This document shows positions 50,663 to 61,977 of a stretch of DNA of 64,000 bases, in pieces. The stretch lies in NCBI GenBank assembly GCA_964506945.1, contig CAZDOC010000011.1, positions 427 through 64,426 of the forward strand. Reading direction: 5' to 3'. The notes under the pieces are model-generated. The model had not been told where the DNA came from, ran no database searches, and was given only the letters and a program-made list of their open reading frames with translations. The stretch comes from an uncultured Gammaproteobacteria bacterium. GTDB lineage: Bacteria > Pseudomonadota > Gammaproteobacteria > CAZDOC01. The position numbers and the translations under genes are program-made. Numbering within the stretch: the first letter of the stretch is position 1; the number at the start of each line of letters is the position of its first letter.

Positions 50663-51163
50663 CTATTTCTTCTTCAGGCGCTCGATGATCTTCTTGGTCA
50701 GGTTGATGCGGTCACTGGCATAGATCACGCCCTCGCCGACCACCAGGTCATATTTCTCTTCCTTGGCGATATCCTGGATGGCCTTGACGATCTGGCGCTG
50801 GATCTTGCTGAATTCCTCGTTGCGGCGGAAATTCAGATCATCGCGAAACTCCTCCTGGCGCCGTTTCAGCTCACGCCGCTGGCTGACGATCTTGCGCTCC
50901 AGCTTCTTGCGATTGGTCTCGCTCATGATGGCCGAATCCTTGTTGAGCTTGTCCTGCAGCTTCTTCAGCTCCTTCTGCGCAGCGACCAGCTCCCGGTCCT
51001 TGGGGGCGAACTCCTTTTCCAGGGCCTTGCGCGCGGCCTCGGCCTGGGGCGCGGCCTCGAGGATCTTGGCGGCGTTGACCACGCCGATGCGATAATCCGC
51101 GGCCTGGGCGGCGCCCAGTATCAGGAATGCGCCGGCAAGCAACGCGCAGGTCTTGGTGATCAT
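50663..51163 (-). CDS. skp: OmpH/Skp periplasmic chaperone
   Basis: Signal peptide, RIGVVN, coiled coil, KYDLVV...YASDRINLT; lies between bamA and lpxD. Confidence 0.93.
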   Translation of the reverse strand: MITKTCALLAGAFLILGAAQAADYRIGVVNAAKILEAAPQAEAARKALEKEFAPKDRELVAAQKELKKLQDKLNKDSAIMSETNRKKLERKIVSQRRELKRRQEEFRDDLNFRRNEEFSKIQRQIVKAIQDIAKEEKYDLVVGEGVIYASDRINLTKKIIERLKKK

Positions 51164-51191
51164 GGTATTTTTCAATTCTCTGCTCCAGGTA

Positions 51192-53483
51192 TTAGAAGGA
51201 GGTGCCAAAGGTAAACTGGAAGGACTGGGTACGATCCTGACTCTGATTATTAAACGGCAAGGCGAAGCTCGCCGTCAAGACGCCGAAGGGGGAAAGCCAC
51301 AGACCGGATATGCCGGTGGACATGCGCAAGGTGCCGATATCGAAGCTGTCGTTCCTGCCGTAGATATTGCCCATATCGATGAAACCGGTCAGGCGCACCG
51401 ATTTCAGCTCGCTGACGAAGGGCACCGGCAGGATCACCTCGGCATTGGCCACCACCTTCAGATCGCCGCCGATGGCGCGGTTGGTGGAATCCCGCGGACC
51501 CAGGGTGTTTTCCTTATAGCCACGGACGGTGCGTGGACCGCCGGCATAGAAGTTCTCGAAGAATGGCAACTGGGAGGTACTGCCGTAGCTGTCGCCGTAA
51601 CCGAGGTTCCCCTTCAGCAACAGGGTGAACTGATCATTCAGGGGGTAGAACCACTGTGCCCGGTAATCGAGCTTGTAATAGCGCAGGTTGCCTCCCGGGA
51701 TGGCAATCTGGGCGGCGATCCGGTGCAGGGTGCCGGAGGTGGGCAGCAAGGCCTTGTTGCGGGTGTCATAGGTAAAGGAGGTGCCGGCCGTGAGGACATC
51801 ATACTGGTCACCATTCTCATTGATGAACTTGGTGACCTCGCTGGCGACGATGGTGCCGGTATCGAGTTTGGTGCGTTGATAGTCGAAACTCAGGCGCAGG
51901 AAATTGAACTCGGACACCGGAATACCGAAATTGACCCCGCCACTGGCGACCTTGGAATTGAAACGGGTGATGTTGGCGCTGCCGGCATTGGTCTCCTCGT
52001 AGGAGACCCGGAATCCACGACTGACCCCATCGATGGTCCAGTACGGGTTCATGTAACCCAGCACGAAACGACGATTGAAATCACTGTTGTTGAAGGCAAA
52101 GCTGACCTGCTTGCCGCTGCCGAGGAAGTTGTCCTGGGTGACGCTGGAATTGAAGATCAGACCGGATGACTGGGAAAAGCCCAGGCCCAGGGAGAGATTG
52201 CCAGAGGGATTCTCCTCGACGGTGAAATTGACGTCCACCTGATCGGCGCTGCCCGGCACCGCCGGGGTCTCGACATTGACGTCCTTGAAGTAACCCAGCC
52301 GTTGCAGACGCACCTTGGAGCGCTCGACCTTCTTGGTCGATATCCAGCTCCCCTCCAGCTGCCGCATCTCGCGGCGCAATACCTCGTCACGGGTCTTGGT
52401 ATTGCCGTCGAAGTTGATCCGCCGCACATACACGCGCTTGCCCGGATCGACGAAATAGGTCAGCGAGACCGTCTTGTTCTGCTTGTCGATATCGGGGATG
52501 GAATTGACGTTGGCGAAGGCGTAACCGTCCTCGCCAAGGCGCTCGGTGATGTTCTTGCTGCTCTTGGTCACCGCCTTGCGTGAGAAGATCATGCCCTTCT
52601 TGATGGTTACCAGCTTGAACAGTTCCTGTGGCGAGACCCGCAGATCCCCGGCCAGCTTGACCTCGGAGATGCGATACTGATCCCCTTCGGTGACATTGAT
52701 GGTGATATAGACATCGCTCTTGTCCGGACTCACGGATACCTGGGTGGAATCGATATTGAAATTGATGTAGCCGTGGTCCAGGTACCAGGAACGCAGGGTC
52801 TCCAGATCCGCGCCCAGCTTCTGCTTGGAATACTGATCGGACTTGGTGAGGAAGGAGAACATCGTCGGTGTGTTGAGCTTGAATTTCTTCAGCAGCTGCT
52901 TGTCGCTGAAGGCCTTGTTGCCGACGATGTTGATCTGCTTGATCTTGGCCGCCTTGCCTTCGTTGATATCGATATTGATATCCACGCGATTGTTGTCCAG
53001 CTCCTTGGCCTCGGTCTTGATCTTGACCCCGTACTTGCCGTCGGAGTAATACTGGCGGCGAAGTTCCTGGCCCACCTTGTCCAGCAGGGCCTGCTTGAAG
53101 ACCTGGCCCTTGGCGAGACCGGTCTTGCCCAGACCCTCCAGCAGCTTGTCGGTACTGATATCGGAATTGCCGGTAATGCTGATCTCGGAGACCACCGGCC
53201 TTTCCTTGACCACGACCACCAGGACGTCGCCATCCCGGCGCAACTTGACGTCCTTGAAGAACCCGGTCTTGAACAGCGCGCGCACGGCCTCGGCGGATCG
53301 TGATTCGTCGAAGGTATCACCGGCCTTGACCGGGAGATAGTTGAAGATGGTGCCGGCACTGACGTGTTCGATCCCCTCCGCACGGATATCCTTGACCACG
53401 AAGCTTTCCATGGCGGGAACCTGACTTGACAGACCGAGCAGCAGGGCTAGAATATAAAGTACTTTCTCAAGGTTTATACGCAT
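51192..53483 (-). CDS. bamA: Outer membrane protein assembly factor BamA
   Basis: POTRA domains (FVVKDIRAEG, GNTKTRDEVLRREMRQ), FYAGGPRTVRGY, C-terminal FQFTFGTSF. Confidence 0.98.
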   Translation of the reverse strand: MRINLEKVLYILALLLGLSSQVPAMESFVVKDIRAEGIEHVSAGTIFNYLPVKAGDTFDESRSAEAVRALFKTGFFKDVKLRRDGDVLVVVVKERPVVSEISITGNSDISTDKLLEGLGKTGLAKGQVFKQALLDKVGQELRRQYYSDGKYGVKIKTEAKELDNNRVDINIDINEGKAAKIKQINIVGNKAFSDKQLLKKFKLNTPTMFSFLTKSDQYSKQKLGADLETLRSWYLDHGYINFNIDSTQVSVSPDKSDVYITINVTEGDQYRISEVKLAGDLRVSPQELFKLVTIKKGMIFSRKAVTKSSKNITERLGEDGYAFANVNSIPDIDKQNKTVSLTYFVDPGKRVYVRRINFDGNTKTRDEVLRREMRQLEGSWISTKKVERSKVRLQRLGYFKDVNVETPAVPGSADQVDVNFTVEENPSGNLSLGLGFSQSSGLIFNSSVTQDNFLGSGKQVSFAFNNSDFNRRFVLGYMNPYWTIDGVSRGFRVSYEETNAGSANITRFNSKVASGGVNFGIPVSEFNFLRLSFDYQRTKLDTGTIVASEVTKFINENGDQYDVLTAGTSFTYDTRNKALLPTSGTLHRIAAQIAIPGGNLRYYKLDYRAQWFYPLNDQFTLLLKGNLGYGDSYGSTSQLPFFENFYAGGPRTVRGYKENTLGPRDSTNRAIGGDLKVVANAEVILPVPFVSELKSVRLTGFIDMGNIYGRNDSFDIGTLRMSTGISGLWLSPFGVLTASFALPFNNQSQDRTQSFQFTFGTSF

Positions 53484-53532
53484 CTGATTATTTTTTCTTG
53501 TCTCATTATGTAACTTGCATCACTGAACGGCA

Positions 53533-54897
53533 TCACTGAATGATGCGCATGATGTCGTTATAGACCGCCACAAACATCAGACCCAGCAAGGCCACCAGGC
53601 CCACCTGCTGCGCCATCATCTGTACGGATTCTGAAAGCGGCCTGCGCACGATCAGCTCTATAAGGTAATACATTAAGTGTCCGCCATCCAGTACCGGGAC
53701 CGGCAACAGGTTCAAGACCCCCAGACTGACGCTGACGATACCGAGAAAGGCCAGAAATGCCGCCAGACCGACATGCACCGACTGGCCCGCATACTGGGCG
53801 ATACTGATTGGGCCACTGAGGTTTTTCACCGAGGCCTGCCCAGTCAGCATCTTGCCCAGCACCTTGAGGGTCAGGGTGGACATGTCCCAGGTGCGCGCCA
53901 GGGCCTTGCCGAAGGACCTCGCCGGACCATAGCGTTCCAGGGCGAAAAGGCGCCGCAGCCGTTCCGGATTGGCGACCACGGCGCCGATCCGGCCGATGAC
54001 GCCATCATCGGTTTCCAGCCGGTCCGGGGTCAGTTGCACATGCAGCCGGCGGCCATCGCGTTCCAGTTCGACATCCAGGGTCTGACCGGGATGAGCCTGT
54101 ACGAACGCCACCCATGCCCCCCAGTCCGCAATCGCGGTCCCGTCCGCGGAGACGATACGATCACCGGGCCGCAGGCCGTCCCGCCGGGCGGCGCCTCCGG
54201 GGATCAGCTTGCCTATGATCGGGGGGATCTCGGGCTGGAATCGCGTGATCCCGATCTGCTCGAAGAACTGGCCCTGACCGACGTCATCCAGTTTCAGTCC
54301 GCTGAGGTCGAGTTCCACGTCCTGGACCTGGTCATGGCCCTGACTTACCGTCAGCCTGGCCGAGCCGCGATCGAGAATATCGCGCAGGATGGCCTGCACC
54401 ACCGTCTCCCAGGTCGGGGTCTCACGCCCATCGACGCGCAGGATTTCCTGGGCTTGTTGCAGTCCGGCGCGCGCGGCGATGGAACCCGGCTGGACCTCGC
54501 CGACTATGGGCCGCATGCCGCTGACACCGACCATGAACATCAACCAGTAGGCCAGGATGGCGAAGAGAAAGTTGAAACCCGGGCCGGCCAGCACCACGGC
54601 GAAACGCGATGCCAGTGGCTGGCGGTTGAAGGCCCGTCCCAGTTCCTCCTCGGGCACCTCGCCTTCGCGCTCGTCCAGCATCTTGACATAACCGCCCAGG
54701 GGGATGGCGGCGATCACGAACTCGGAACGGTCCCTGCCGAAATGCCGGCAATACAGCGGCTTGCCGAAACCGATGGAAAAACGCAGGATCTTGATCCCCA
54801 GGCGGCGGGCCACCCAGAAGTGGCCGAACTCGTGTACCGTCACCAGCAGGCCCAGGGCCAGGATGAAGGCCAGCGCGGACTGCAGGAAATCAAGCAT
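53533..54897 (-). CDS. rseP: RIP metalloprotease RseP
   Basis: [16 protein letters not shown], two PDZ domains, [12 protein letters not shown]. Confidence 0.96.
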   Translation of the reverse strand: MLDFLQSALAFILALGLLVTVHEFGHFWVARRLGIKILRFSIGFGKPLYCRHFGRDRSEFVIAAIPLGGYVKMLDEREGEVPEEELGRAFNRQPLASRFAVVLAGPGFNFLFAILAYWLMFMVGVSGMRPIVGEVQPGSIAARAGLQQAQEILRVDGRETPTWETVVQAILRDILDRGSARLTVSQGHDQVQDVELDLSGLKLDDVGQGQFFEQIGITRFQPEIPPIIGKLIPGGAARRDGLRPGDRIVSADGTAIADWGAWVAFVQAHPGQTLDVELERDGRRLHVQLTPDRLETDDGVIGRIGAVVANPERLRRLFALERYGPARSFGKALARTWDMSTLTLKVLGKMLTGQASVKNLSGPISIAQYAGQSVHVGLAAFLAFLGIVSVSLGVLNLLPVPVLDGGHLMYYLIELIVRRPLSESVQMMAQQVGLVALLGLMFVAVYNDIMRIIQ

Positions 54898-56074
54898 CAA
54901 CGCCGACCCCGAGCTGCTCGCCGGCATGGTGCCGGGCGGCGGCATCATCGGCCAGGACCGCCTCCAGGCTGCCGGCGTCGTGGTGCGGCACCGAGGCCAG
55001 TGTGGACTCTATCAGCGCCGGGATGCCGGTGAAGGGCAGCCTGCCATCGAGGAAACCCTGCACCGCGATCTCGTTGGCCGCGTTGAGGATGGCGCTGGCC
55101 GTACCGCCGGTCTCCATGGCCTCCCGCGCCAGGCGCAGGCAGGGGAAACGCTCGAGATCCGGGGCCTCGAAGTCCAGCCGCGCCACCGCGAACAGGTCCA
55201 GGCTCTCGACCCCGGATTCCATGCGTTGGGGCCAGGCCAGGGCATGGGCGATCGGGGTGCGCATGTCCGGATTCCCCATCTGCGCCAGCACCGAGCCATC
55301 GACGTACTCGACCATGGAGTGGATCACGCTCTGCGGGTGCAGCACGACCTGGATATGCCCCGGATCGGTATTGAACAGCCAGCAGGCCTCGATCAGCTCC
55401 AGGCCCTTGTTCATCATGGTCGCGGAATCGACCGAGATCTTGCGGCCCATGACCCAGTTCGGGTGTGCGCAGGCCTGCTCCGGCGTGACCCCCTGAAGCT
55501 GGTCCAGGGTCCAGCCACGAAAGGGCCCTCCCGAGGCGGTCAGCAATATGCGCCGCACACCCACCCCGGCCAGGCCACGGGCGTAATCGGGCGGCATGCA
55601 CTGGAAGATGGCGTTATGCTCGCTGTCGATGGGCAGCAGTTGCGCGCCATGCTCATGGATGGCGTCCATGAACAGCCGCCCGGACATGACCAGGGCCTCC
55701 TTGTTGGCCAGCAGCACCCGCTTGCCGGCGCGGGCCGCGGCCAGGGTGGGCAACAGGCCGGCGCCCCCCACGATACCCGCCATCACGGCCTCGGTGTCCG
55801 GCATCGAGGCCACGTGCTCCAGGCCCTGGACACCGGCATGCACCTCGATGTCCAGGGCCTCCGCGCGCAGGCGCTGTTGCAGGCGCGTGGCCGCGTCGCT
55901 GTCGGCCAGCACCGCATGCCGGGGTCGCCACTGCCGGCACTGCTCGAACAACAGCGTGTCATTGGTGTTGGCGGTCAGGGCGATGAGCTCGAAGGACCCG
56001 GGATGCCGCTGGAGCACGTCCAGGGTGTTGATGCCTATGGTGCCGGTGGAGCCGAGTATGCAGATCCCCGTCAT
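54890..56074 (-). CDS. dxr: 1-deoxy-D-xylulose-5-phosphate reductoisomerase
   Basis: [47 protein letters not shown]. Confidence 0.98.
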   Translation of the reverse strand: MTGICILGSTGTIGINTLDVLQRHPGSFELIALTANTNDTLLFEQCRQWRPRHAVLADSDAATRLQQRLRAEALDIEVHAGVQGLEHVASMPDTEAVMAGIVGGAGLLPTLAAARAGKRVLLANKEALVMSGRLFMDAIHEHGAQLLPIDSEHNAIFQCMPPDYARGLAGVGVRRILLTASGGPFRGWTLDQLQGVTPEQACAHPNWVMGRKISVDSATMMNKGLELIEACWLFNTDPGHIQVVLHPQSVIHSMVEYVDGSVLAQMGNPDMRTPIAHALAWPQRMESGVESLDLFAVARLDFEAPDLERFPCLRLAREAMETGGTASAILNAANEIAVQGFLDGRLPFTGIPALIESTLASVPHHDAGSLEAVLADDAAARHHAGEQLGVGVDA

Positions 56075-56880
56075 TGCAATGACTCCAGCAGCTTTAGACC
56101 CACGGCGAAGACCGGTGCCGCTGCGGTGAGGCTGTCGATACGGTCGAGCACCCCGCCATGACCTGGCAACAGGTCGCCGCTGTCTTTCATATTGGCCATG
56201 CGTTTGAACATGCTCTCCACCAGGTCGCCGATCACGGAACAGACGACCGTAATCAAACCCAGCAGCGAAAACAAGAGCAGATGCACCGGTTCATAGTCCA
56301 GCAGCAGGCCCGCCACCAGCATGCCGGCCACACAGACCACCAGGGCGCCATAGACCCCTTCCCGGCTCTTGCCCGGACTGATGGACGGGGCCAGCCGTAC
56401 CCGCCCCCAGCGATGCCCGGAAAAATAGGCGGCGATATCGGCCGCCCAGATGAGCAGCAACAACAACAGGGTCCAGTAGGGGGAACGTGAATAGAGCAGC
56501 ATGACCCCGGTCCAGGCCGGCACCAGCAACAACAGTCCGGCCAGCATGCGGAACGGCATGGACGGCCGGAAGCGGCCGCCATCACGACTGTAGCGATACA
56601 GGCAGAGACAGGCATAGACCCACCAGAGCAGTCCCAGCGACAGCAGGACCTGGGCCGCCAAGGGACTGAAATAGGCCAGCAGCAACAGGCCCAGCAGCAA
56701 TGACAGGTAGGCAAGCCGCGGCAGGGGCCGGCGGCAGCCGATGATGCCCAGCCACTCATGGGCGGCGAGGACGATGAACAGGGCCAGCAGACCGGCGACA
56801 TATGGACGCGGCAGATACAGCAGGACCAGCAACAACGGCAGGGCCACCAGCAGCGCGGTAATGACCCGGTTCCTAAGCAT
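56071..56880 (-). CDS. cdsA: Phosphatidate cytidylyltransferase
   Basis: [49 protein letters not shown]. Confidence 0.96.
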   Translation of the reverse strand: MLRNRVITALLVALPLLLVLLYLPRPYVAGLLALFIVLAAHEWLGIIGCRRPLPRLAYLSLLLGLLLLAYFSPLAAQVLLSLGLLWWVYACLCLYRYSRDGGRFRPSMPFRMLAGLLLLVPAWTGVMLLYSRSPYWTLLLLLLIWAADIAAYFSGHRWGRVRLAPSISPGKSREGVYGALVVCVAGMLVAGLLLDYEPVHLLLFSLLGLITVVCSVIGDLVESMFKRMANMKDSGDLLPGHGGVLDRIDSLTAAAPVFAVGLKLLESLQ

Positions 56881-57613
56881 CTTGGGCCCGTTCCAGTTGC
56901 TCCCCGGTACGACCGAAACGCCGTTCGCGGGTGGCATACCAGTTCAGGGCCTCGCTGAACGCGGCCTCATCGAAGGCCGGCCAGAGCAGATCGGTGAAAT
57001 AGAGTTCGGTGTAGGCCAGCTGCCAGAGCAGAAAATTGCTGATCCGCTGCTCGCCCCCGGTGCGTATGAACAGATCCGGTTCGGGCTGGTCGGCCATGCA
57101 CAGCGCCGCCTGGATCCGTTCGGGGGTGATCTGATCGACTGGCAGATGCCCGTCCTGTACCTCCCCGGCCAGTTTTCTGGCTGCCTGGGTGATATCCCAG
57201 CGCCCCCCGTAATTGGCCGCCACATTCAGTTTCAGCCCGGTATTGCCGGCGGTCAGGTCCCTGACCCGCCGGATACAGTCATTCAGCCGGGGATTGAAGG
57301 CCCCGAGGTCACCGATGACCTGTACCCGGACCTGGCTGGCGTGCAGGCGGTCGGCCTCCTGTTCCAGGGAGCGCAGGAACAGGTCCATCAGCATGCCCAC
57401 CTCACGGCGCGGGCGGCGCCAGTTCTCGCTGCTGAAGGCAAACAGCGTCAGGACTTCTATGCGGTGTTCGATGCAGGAATTGATGACGGTGCGCACCGAG
57501 TCCACCCCGGCGCGATGCCCGGCGACCCGTGGCAGCGAACGCTGCCGGGCCCAGCGGCCGTTACCGTCCATGATGATGGCGATGTGACGCGGGAGGTTCT
57601 GTTTGTCCGTCAC
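56873..57613 (-). CDS. uppS: Undecaprenyl diphosphate synthase
   Basis: HIAIIMDGNGRWA, FAFSSENWRRP, IRTGGEQRISNFLLWQ. Confidence 0.97.
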   Translation of the reverse strand: MTDKQNLPRHIAIIMDGNGRWARQRSLPRVAGHRAGVDSVRTVINSCIEHRIEVLTLFAFSSENWRRPRREVGMLMDLFLRSLEQEADRLHASQVRVQVIGDLGAFNPRLNDCIRRVRDLTAGNTGLKLNVAANYGGRWDITQAARKLAGEVQDGHLPVDQITPERIQAALCMADQPEPDLFIRTGGEQRISNFLLWQLAYTELYFTDLLWPAFDEAAFSEALNWYATRERRFGRTGEQLERAQDA

Positions 57614-57653
57614 TGGCGGCTTCCTGTCAGCTGGTTACCGGCAGGGTGCCGGT

Positions 57654-58211
57654 TCAGATCTCCAGCAGCTCCTGTTCCTTCTCATGCAGAACCTCGTCGA
57701 TCATGGCGATGCGACTGTTGGTGATCTTCTGGATACGATCCTCGCCCTTGCGCAGTTCATCCTCGGTGATCTCCTTCTCCTTCTCCAGCTCCTTGAGGGT
57801 GTGATTGGCATCCCGGCGGATATTGCGCACGGCCACACGGGCGTTCTCCGCCTCCGACTTGACGATCTTGATCAACTCCCGGCGACGTTCCTCGGTCAGG
57901 GGCGGCAGGGGAATGCGGATGACCTCTCCCGCCGTCACCGGATTCAGGCCGAGGTCGGAATTCATGATCGCCTTCTCGATATCGGGGACGAGATGTTTCT
58001 CCCACGGGGTGATGCTGAGGGTCCTGGAGTCCAGCGTATTGATCGAGGCCATCTGGCTCAGGGGGGTGTCGTTGCCATAATAGGACACCGTGACATGATC
58101 GAGCAGACTCGGATGGGCGCGCCCGGTACGTACCTTGGCCATGTCGGTCTTCAAGGCCTCGATGGTCTTGCTCATGCGCTTGTCGGCATCGCCGATGACT
58201 TCATTGATCAT
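57654..58211 (-). CDS. frr: Ribosome recycling factor
   Basis: [42 protein letters not shown]. Confidence 0.98.
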   Translation of the reverse strand: MINEVIGDADKRMSKTIEALKTDMAKVRTGRAHPSLLDHVTVSYYGNDTPLSQMASINTLDSRTLSITPWEKHLVPDIEKAIMNSDLGLNPVTAGEVIRIPLPPLTEERRRELIKIVKSEAENARVAVRNIRRDANHTLKELEKEKEITEDELRKGEDRIQKITNSRIAMIDEVLHEKEQELLEI

Positions 58212-58984
58212 GACTGTGCTCCAGATTCACCCTTGACCGTCGTCAGCGGGGCCTCACTGATGACCAGCGTACCCTCGTCCTCGCCCCTGACCACGTTCAG
58301 CAACACCCCGGGCTTGTTCATGTTGACCACCCGCAAGGGCATGTGATTATCGCGACAGAGTACCACGGCCGTGGCATCCATGACCCCGAGCTTGTCCTCC
58401 AGGACCTGATCATAACTCAGCACTTCGTAACGCCGGGCCTGCGGATCGGATTCCGGATCGGCGGTATAGACGCCGTCGACCTTGGTGGCCTTGATCATCA
58501 CGTCGGCGCCCACCTCGATGGCGCGCAGGCTGGCGGCGGAATCGGTGGTGAAAAAAGGATTGCCGGTACCGGCGGCGAAGATCACCACCCGCCCTTTCTC
58601 CAGATGGCGTATGGCGCGGCGGCGGATATAGTCCTCACAGACCTCATTGATGGTGATGGCGGACATCACCCGGGCAAAGGCCCCATTGCGCTCCAGCGCA
58701 TCCTGCAGGGCCAGGGCATTGATGACCGTGGCCAGCATGCCCATGTGATCCGCGGTCACCCGGTCCATGCCAGCCGCGGCCAGGCCGGCGCCGCGAAAGA
58801 TATTGCCGCCGCCAATGACGATGGCCACCTCGATCCCGAGCTGACTCAGCTCCCCCACCTCCTCGGCAACGCGGGAGATCACCGGCGGGTCTATGCCGTA
58901 ATCGGCATCGCCCATCAGCGCCTCGCCACTGAGCTTGATGAGGATGCGGGAGTAGGCCTGGGGCTTGTGCTCGGACTGCTGCAA
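58208..58984 (-). CDS. pyrH: UMP kinase
   Basis: [45 protein letters not shown]. Confidence 0.98.
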   Translation of the reverse strand: MQQSEHKPQAYSRILIKLSGEALMGDADYGIDPPVISRVAEEVGELSQLGIEVAIVIGGGNIFRGAGLAAAGMDRVTADHMGMLATVINALALQDALERNGAFARVMSAITINEVCEDYIRRRAIRHLEKGRVVIFAAGTGNPFFTTDSAASLRAIEVGADVMIKATKVDGVYTADPESDPQARRYEVLSYDQVLEDKLGVMDATAVVLCRDNHMPLRVVNMNKPGVLLNVVRGEDEGTLVISEAPLTTVKGESGAQS

Positions 58985-58987
58985 GAC

Positions 58988-59872
58988 TTAGCCCTTGGCC
59001 TGCGCCATCACTTCCTCGGCGAAGTTTTCTTCCTTCTTCTCGATGCCCTCGCCCACCTCGAAACGGACAAAGCCGGTGACGCTGGCATTGGCCTCGTCGA
59101 GCAGTTTGCCGACCTTCGTGTCCGGGTCCTTGATGAAGGGCTGTCCCAGCAAGGTGATTTCATTGATGAACTTCTGGATGCGCCCGCTGATCATCTTCTC
59201 GACGATCTCGGGCGGCTTGCCGCTATCCGCGGCCTGGGCGGCGAAGATCTCCTTCTCCTTGTCGATGATCTCCACCGGCACGTCCTGCTCGGAAACGCAT
59301 ACCGGCTTGCTCGCGGCGACATGCATGGCGACATCCCGGGCCAGGCTCTCGTCGCCATTGGCCAGATCGACCACCACGCCGATACGGCCACCATGCAGGT
59401 AGACACCCAGCCTGCCGGTTTCCGTGCCGATCACGCTGAAACGGCGGACATTGATGTTTTCACCGATCTTGGCCACCAGGTTCTGACGGCATTCCTCGAC
59501 GGTTTCAGTGCCACCCGCTTCCAGCGGGGTGGCCTTGAGGGCCTCCAGGTCTTCCGGATCGTTACGCAGCACACAGTCGGCCACGGCGGTGGCGAATTGC
59601 TGGAAATCGTCGCCCTTGGTGACGAAATCGGTCTCGCAATTGACCTCCACAATGGCCACGCGTTCGGCATCCTCGGCCTTTTCGATGATTATCACGCCCT
59701 CCGCGGCAATGCGTCCGGCCTTCTTGGCCGCCTTGGCGAGGCCGGATTTGCGCATGTTCTCGATAGCGGTCTCGATATCGCCACCGGCCTCCTGCAGGGC
59801 CTTCTTGCACTCCATCATCCCGGCGCCGGTACGGTCGCGCAATTCCTTAACACTGGCAGCTGTAATCTGCAT
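58988..59872 (-). CDS. tsf: Elongation factor Ts
   Basis: [44 protein letters not shown]. Confidence 0.98.
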   Translation of the reverse strand: MQITAASVKELRDRTGAGMMECKKALQEAGGDIETAIENMRKSGLAKAAKKAGRIAAEGVIIIEKAEDAERVAIVEVNCETDFVTKGDDFQQFATAVADCVLRNDPEDLEALKATPLEAGGTETVEECRQNLVAKIGENINVRRFSVIGTETGRLGVYLHGGRIGVVVDLANGDESLARDVAMHVAASKPVCVSEQDVPVEIIDKEKEIFAAQAADSGKPPEIVEKMISGRIQKFINEITLLGQPFIKDPDTKVGKLLDEANASVTGFVRFEVGEGIEKKEENFAEEVMAQAKG

Positions 59873-59952
59873 GATTCGATTTACCTCTTCAAACTTGAAT
59901 TCCATGACGGACACGTCCCGGGGGTGGCCCCGGGACGATGGATACTCGTGAA

Positions 59953-60927
59953 TTACTCGCCCTGGCCAGCCGTGTCCCCCGCCTCGGGGCCTGCTTCGGC
60001 CGGGGTCTCCTCCGCCGCCGCGGTCGCTTCCGGCCCGGCTTCGGCGGCAGCGACCTTCTTCTTGGCCACCGTCTTCTTGCTCACCTTCTTTTTGGCGACC
60101 TTTTTCTTGGCGACCTTCTTCTTGGCCACCTTCTTCTTGCTTGCGGGCCTGGCCTCGCCTTCGCTGTCGGCCCTGGCCGGGATCAGCTCGCCACTATCGT
60201 CCAGTTCCACGAATTCATCATCACTGGCGATCACGGCCTCGGTGATGCTCTGGCGTCCGTTCAACACCGCATCCGCCGCGGCGCGGGCGTAGAGCTGGAT
60301 CGAACGGATGGCGTCATCATTGCCGGGAATGACGTAATCGACGCCTTCCGGGGAATTGTTGCTGTCGACCACGGCGACCACCGGTATACCCAGCTTGCGG
60401 GCCTCGGAGATGGCGATATTCTCATATCCGACATCGATCACGAACAGCGCATCCGGCAGCCCCCCCATGTCCTTGATGCCGCCGATGGAGCGGGTGAGTT
60501 TATCCATCTCCCGCTTGAGCATCAGCCCTTCCTTCTTGCTGAGCCGTTCCAGACTGCCGTCCTCCATCATCTCCTCCAGCTCCTTGAGCCGCTTGATGGA
60601 CTGCTTGACGGTCTTGTAGTTGGTCAGCATGCCGCCCAGCCAGCGCCGGTTGACATAGGGCATGCCACAGCGTATCGCCTCGCTGGCGATGGCCTCCTGG
60701 GCGGAGCGCTTGGTGCCCACGAACAGGATGCGGCCCTTCTTGGCGGCCAGGCGGCCGAGAAAATTCATGGCCTCGTTGAACAGCGGCAGGGTCTGTTCCA
60801 GGTTGATGATATGGATCTTGTTGCGTTCGCCGAAGATGTAGCGCCCCATCTTGGGGTGCCAGTAACGGGTCTGGTGGCCGAAATGCACACCGGCCTCCAG
60901 CATTTCACGCATGGTGACGTCAGACAT
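59953..60927 (-). CDS. rpsB: 30S ribosomal protein S2 with a Lys-rich C-terminal extension
   Basis: [34 protein letters not shown]; AGGAG RBS precedes ATG 60927. Confidence 0.98.
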   Translation of the reverse strand: MSDVTMREMLEAGVHFGHQTRYWHPKMGRYIFGERNKIHIINLEQTLPLFNEAMNFLGRLAAKKGRILFVGTKRSAQEAIASEAIRCGMPYVNRRWLGGMLTNYKTVKQSIKRLKELEEMMEDGSLERLSKKEGLMLKREMDKLTRSIGGIKDMGGLPDALFVIDVGYENIAISEARKLGIPVVAVVDSNNSPEGVDYVIPGNDDAIRSIQLYARAAADAVLNGRQSITEAVIASDDEFVELDDSGELIPARADSEGEARPASKKKVAKKKVAKKKVAKKKVSKKTVAKKKVAAAEAGPEATAAAEETPAEAGPEAGDTAGQGE

Positions 60928-60943
60928 TGTATTCTCCTGTATC

Positions 60944-61031
60944 AGGGTTGAGCCTCCACGCCTCCCGCACACCAACCCGAAACCATAAGCCTGGAACCGG
61001 GCACCCTAATGTGCGTTGCGGAGCGTGTGAG
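60944..61031 (-). ncRNA. t44 / rpsB leader RNA (S2 autoregulatory element)
   Basis: Minus strand reads CACACGC...GGGTGCCC...GGGTTGGTGTGCGGGAGGCGTGGAGGCTCAACCC, matching the gammaproteobacterial rpsB leader pattern. An extended -10 TGGTATAAA with a GC-rich discriminator lies at ~61165-61150. Confidence 0.8.
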
Positions 61032-61205
61032 AGATGATTGCCAATATACCCGGCAACGCCCCTGTCCGGGACCTTGCATGGGCAGCCCCTGGCGACAAAC
61101 CGGGTCGACCCTCCTCCCCTGGAGGCGTGGACCGGGTTTGCGCAATGGGCCGGCGCTTTATACCATAGTCGGCTGGATTCAACAATTGCACCCCGGTAAC
61201 CCGCC

Positions 61206-61973
61206 ATGGCCGTCACCATCAAGACCCCTGAAGAGATAGAGAAAATGCGTGTTGCCGGCCGCCTCGCCGCGGAGGTGCTGGAGATGGTCGCGGCCGAGGT
61301 GCGCCCGGGCGTGACCACCGGCGAACTGGACCGGATCTGCCATGACTACACCGTCGACGTCCAGCACGCCATCCCCGCCCCACTGAATTATCACGGCTTC
61401 CCGAAATCCATCTGCACCTCGGTCAATCACGTGGTCTGCCATGGCATTCCGGATGATCGCAGGCTCAAGGACGGCGACATCATCAATATCGACATCACCG
61501 ACATCAAGGACGGCTATCACGGCGACACCAGCCAGATGTTCTTCGTTGGCGAACCCTCCATACGCGCCCGGCGCCTGGTCGAGGTCAGCCGTGAATGCCT
61601 GCTGGTCGGGATCCGTCTGGTCAGGCCCGGCGCCCGGCTGGGTGATATCGGCCATGCGATACAGCGCCATGCCGAGACCAGGGGTTTTTCCATCGTGCGC
61701 GAATATTGCGGTCATGGCATCGGCCGCGATTTTCATGAGGATCCCCAGGTCCTGCACTATGGCGAACCCGGCACCGGCATGGTCCTGGAGCCTGGCATGG
61801 TCTTTACCATCGAGCCCATGCTCAATGCCGGCAAGCGCCAGATCAAGGTACTGCCGGACAAATGGACCGTGGTCACCAAGGACCGCAGCCTGTCGGCGCA
61901 ATGGGAACACACCATCCTGGTCACCGAGGACGGCTACGAAGTGCTGACCCTGCGCCAGGGCGAGGTCATCTGA
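61206..61973 (+). CDS. map: Methionine aminopeptidase type I
   Basis: FPKSICTSVNHVVCHGIP, DGYHGDTS, YCGHGIG, FTIEPM, SAQWEHT. Confidence 0.97.
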   Translation: MAVTIKTPEEIEKMRVAGRLAAEVLEMVAAEVRPGVTTGELDRICHDYTVDVQHAIPAPLNYHGFPKSICTSVNHVVCHGIPDDRRLKDGDIINIDITDIKDGYHGDTSQMFFVGEPSIRARRLVEVSRECLLVGIRLVRPGARLGDIGHAIQRHAETRGFSIVREYCGHGIGRDFHEDPQVLHYGEPGTGMVLEPGMVFTIEPMLNAGKRQIKVLPDKWTVVTKDRSLSAQWEHTILVTEDGYEVLTLRQGEVI

Positions 61974-61977
61974 GGCC

